From positions 53 through 64,052 of the forward strand of contig JAJFJB010000249.1 of assembly GCA_021774435.1 (NCBI GenBank): DNA of 64,000 bases. Reading direction: 5' to 3'. The notes under the pieces are model-generated. The model ran no database searches and was not told the DNA's origin. It saw nothing but the letters and a program-made list of their open reading frames with translations. Shown one piece after another: positions 61,136 through 64,000 of the stretch (position 1 is the stretch's first letter; each line of letters begins with the position of its first letter). Both the position numbers and the translations under genes were made by a program. The stretch is from Alphaproteobacteria bacterium (lineage in GTDB: Bacteria; Pseudomonadota; Alphaproteobacteria; UBA8366; GCA-2717185).

Positions 61136-61830
61136 GCCTCGCCCCGTTTGTGCACAAGGATCAAAGAAAAATATGGGGCCCGATCTTCATTGATTTCGCT
61201 CAAGGGGGACACTGACTGCAATTCCATTGTCGCGTGCGCGACAAATTGAGCGTTATTCGTCAAACTCAATGTATCGAGAACACGCCGAACTTTTCCGAGA
61301 TGTCGGCCGACCTTGATGATTGCGACGCTTTCCGCGCGCTGAATCGCCTCTGTTAACGTTTCTTCGTCCAAAGGCGCCGGGACAACGGTTAGCAAATCGT
61401 TTCTGGATGCCAACGGTGATTTCAGCGCGGCGGCAGCGGCCATCAAGGAAGAAATGCCCGGGACGATCACGACGTTGTATTCGGGGGCGACGCGTCCGAA
61501 TAGGTACATGAACGAGCCGTAGAAAAAGGGGTCGCCTTCACAGAGTGCCGCAACGTCACGTCCCGCTTCAAGATGCTTACCGATTTCATCCGCGGCGATA
61601 TCATAAACAGAGCGGTCGGGAAATTGTGTTGGTTCAAGCGGCATTCGGATCGCGATTTCGATCGGCGTTTGCGTGATATGAGGTGACGCAATTGTGCGCG
61701 CCATGCTTTCGCCTTCGAGCGGTGCCGGCCACGCGATGACCGGCACTGTTTGCAGAATGCGGTGCGCCTTCAATGTGATGAGTTCGGGGTCGCCTGGTCC
61801 GACGCCGATTCCAAATAATGTACCGGTCAT
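61126..61830 (-). CDS. cobI: Precorrin-2 C20-methyltransferase
   Basis: GIGVGPGDPELITLKA, LCEGDPFFYGSF, PYFS. Confidence 0.95.
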   Translation of the reverse strand: MTGTLFGIGVGPGDPELITLKAHRILQTVPVIAWPAPLEGESMARTIASPHITQTPIEIAIRMPLEPTQFPDRSVYDIAADEIGKHLEAGRDVAALCEGDPFFYGSFMYLFGRVAPEYNVVIVPGISSLMAAAAALKSPLASRNDLLTVVPAPLDEETLTEAIQRAESVAIIKVGRHLGKVRRVLDTLSLTNNAQFVAHATMELQSVSPLSEINEDRAPYFSLILVHKRGEAWR

Positions 61831-63029
61831 GGCTTGACGGCCACCAACTGTGTCACGGTCCGAAGAGGAGACCAGGCATGAAAGCGCCCGACAGGTTCGG
61901 CATGAGAAACGCCGATGCGGGTGAGGCTACCTCCCCATTCACCGTGAAGTGCGAGCAGTTTCGCTTCGCTCTCCAGCGTGACGGCGTTGGCAACCAGGCG
62001 TCCCCGCTTCGGGAGCGCGCTCCAGCACTGTTCCGCTAAACCTTGTGTCCCAATGCCGCCGCCAATGAAGATGGCGTCCGCCTTGGGCAAATCAGGCAGG
62101 ACATCCGGCGCGGCACCGGTGATAATATCGAGTGCGGGCGTACCAAGTGCGACCGCGTTTTGCGTGATCATGGCACAACGCGATGCGTTTCTTTCGATGG
62201 CGATCGCTTTTCCTCCACAACGCATCCATTCAATTGCGATCGATCCGCAGCCGGCACCGACGTCCCACAATACGGACTGCGGATGGGGTGCGAGCGCGGC
62301 AAGAGTGGCGGCGCGAACGGTGCATTTGGTCAACTGTCCATCGTGGACGAAGGCGTCGTCGGGCAACCCGGGTATCCGGCTAAGATTAATGGGGTTCGCA
62401 CCGGGGATGCAGGTGACAGCGACGGTATTGAAATCGGCGGTATGGTCGTGATGCCAGCTGTCCGCAGTGCCTTCCAGCATGTTTTCTTTCTCGCCGCCCA
62501 TATGTTCGAACACCGTGAGCGTACTCGGTTCGTAGCCGCGGTCGCGCAGTGAATTCGCGATTTGTGCGGGCGTTTCCCCGTTCTCCGAAAGTATCAGAAG
62601 CCGTGCGTCTGGACGGACATACAGGTTCAGTAAAGCGAGCGGTCGTCCATGCAGTGTAAGGCAATCGATCTCCTGCAAAGGCCAGCCCATTCGCGCGGCG
62701 GCAAGCGAGAACGCGCCCGGTGCCGGCAGGATGGAAATTGCATTCTTGCCAAACTCGCGCGCCAGTGTGACGCCGATCCCGTAACTCATCGGATCGCCCG
62801 TTGCCAATACAACGATGCGCTTGCCTTCGAGCATTCTTAAAGTGTCCACCGTTTTCCGCAACGGCGATTCCCATGTTCGCCGCTCAGCGGGGTGATCGGT
62901 ATCGACCATGGCCAAATGCCGTTCGCCGCCAACAAGTATCTGCGCATTATCGATCAAATTGCGCGTCGCCAACGGCAAGGCGTTCAGCCCATCTTCGCCA
63001 ATTCCGACGATATTCAGCCACGGTGTCAT
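61827..63029 (-). CDS. cobL: Precorrin-6Y C5,15-methyltransferase (decarboxylating), CbiE+CbiT
   Basis: IVGIGEDG, LATGDP, GLPDDAF.HDGQLTK, WDVGAGCGS, LVANAVTLE. Confidence 0.95.
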   Translation of the reverse strand: MTPWLNIVGIGEDGLNALPLATRNLIDNAQILVGGERHLAMVDTDHPAERRTWESPLRKTVDTLRMLEGKRIVVLATGDPMSYGIGVTLAREFGKNAISILPAPGAFSLAAARMGWPLQEIDCLTLHGRPLALLNLYVRPDARLLILSENGETPAQIANSLRDRGYEPSTLTVFEHMGGEKENMLEGTADSWHHDHTADFNTVAVTCIPGANPINLSRIPGLPDDAFVHDGQLTKCTVRAATLAALAPHPQSVLWDVGAGCGSIAIEWMRCGGKAIAIERNASRCAMITQNAVALGTPALDIITGAAPDVLPDLPKADAIFIGGGIGTQGLAEQCWSALPKRGRLVANAVTLESEAKLLALHGEWGGSLTRIGVSHAEPVGRFHAWSPLRTVTQLVAVKP

Positions 63030-63670
63030 GCTGACTCCTCGGCCGCGGCGACGGCATTTACGGCGGCTGCGGCCATGGCGCTACCACCGCGCCGGCCTTT
63101 GAGCGTCACGAAAGGAACGCCGAGTTCGCTGTCGATAAGCGCTGCTTTCGATTCGGCGGCGCCAATAAAACCGACGGGGAATCCCAATATGAGGGCCGGT
63201 TTCGGCCAGCCCGATTGCAATCCTTCCAGCAGATGAAAGAGCGCTGTCGGCGCATTGCCGATTGCGACGACGGCACCGGCCAAGTGAGGCTCCCAGAGTG
63301 TCGTCGCAGCGGCGGAGCGTGTCGTGCCAAGCGATTGGGCGAGATTGGGGACCGTCTTGTCGGTCAATGTGCAAATGACCGGATTATCATTTGGCAGCCG
63401 GTTTCGTATGACGCCATGGGCGACCATTTCGACATCGGTTAGTACTGGCGCCCCATTTTCGAGAGCGGCCCGCCCCTTGGAAACGGCATGAGGTGACGCG
63501 GAAAGATCGGAAACTATTTCCGGCATTGCGCAGGCATGAACGACACGTAGCGCTAGGGGTATGAGATTTTCGTCTAGCGTTGCCAAGCTGGTTTCGCGCC
63601 GGATCGCCGCAAAGGACTCGCGGTAAATTTCCGCGGGATCGCGCAGATAAGAATAGCTTTCTTCCGTCAT
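63026..63670 (-). CDS. cobH: Precorrin-8X methylmutase
   Basis: YLRDPAEIYRESF, TTRSAAA, IGNAPTALF, PVGFIGAAESK, GRRGGSAMAAAAVN. Confidence 0.96.
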   Translation of the reverse strand: MTEESYSYLRDPAEIYRESFAAIRRETSLATLDENLIPLALRVVHACAMPEIVSDLSASPHAVSKGRAALENGAPVLTDVEMVAHGVIRNRLPNDNPVICTLTDKTVPNLAQSLGTTRSAAATTLWEPHLAGAVVAIGNAPTALFHLLEGLQSGWPKPALILGFPVGFIGAAESKAALIDSELGVPFVTLKGRRGGSAMAAAAVNAVAAAEESA

Positions 63671-64000
63671 GCCCCGAGAATCCAGGCTTCTTCATTCTCG
63701 ACGATTTCACGTTCTTCCGCGGTTAGCGTGGAATCGCCTTCGAACAGGACAGCAAGATCGCCCGCGTCGTCGAGAGTCGCAAAATGCGCGGCGATCGTAC
63801 GGACTTGCCGCGCATCCTTGACCATGTCTGCTTCCGGTTCCGGGTCGACCAGGGATGGATAGACCTCGGCGAAAATAATCTGCGGCCTGGGATCATACCG
63901 CAGGCCCGTTTCAAACGGCCAGATATGGCTTATCATCGCGAGCTGCGGGTCGGTGCGTAGTTGGAGAACTCTGGGAATGCCGGTCACAACCTGACTGCCG
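63667..64000 (-). CDS. 3' end of a conserved hypothetical protein (possibly DUF429/RNase H-like); 5' part outside the window
   Basis: Frame open to the window edge: GSQVVTGIP...WPFETG...AEVYPS...KDA.QV...EEAWILGA; ATGA overlap with cobH. Confidence 0.7.
   Translation of the reverse strand, partial: GSQVVTGIPRVLQLRTDPQLAMISHIWPFETGLRYDPRPQIIFAEVYPSLVDPEPEADMVKDARQVRTIAAHFATLDDAGDLAVLFEGDSTLTAEEREIVENEEAWILGA

Overview
Gene-dense 64 kb chromosomal window, most likely from a free-living alphaproteobacterium of the Rhodospirillales type. This is inferred from the gene set: the MoxR-DUF58-BatA/DUF4159 operon facing DUF1285-NUDIX-cca, plus tldD, AsmA, phbB, lepA and a cbiD/cobK/cobHLIJM cobalamin cluster. 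There are about 58 CDS and one tRNA-Ser(GGA); I saw no integrase, transposase, rRNA or CRISPR array. Main observations: (1) a hidden selenoprotein, in which ORFs 32209-32502 and 32590-33939 are one frame joined by an in-frame TGA in a U-G-A-C (UxxC) motif, followed by a SECIS-like hairpin (576 aa UGSC-type fusion); (2) a stand-alone SIR2-like gene 21 nt upstream of a nucleoside 2-deoxyribosyltransferase gene, a candidate NAD/nucleotide-based defence module; (3) a degenerate palindromic repeat family whose ends coincide with stop codons; (4) a 26-bp perfect palindrome in a divergent promoter; (5) a CP-ATP-grasp/alpha-E/transglutaminase operon and several enzymes with altered catalytic motifs or unusual fusions. 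All family calls come from motif recognition by eye; no database searches were run.
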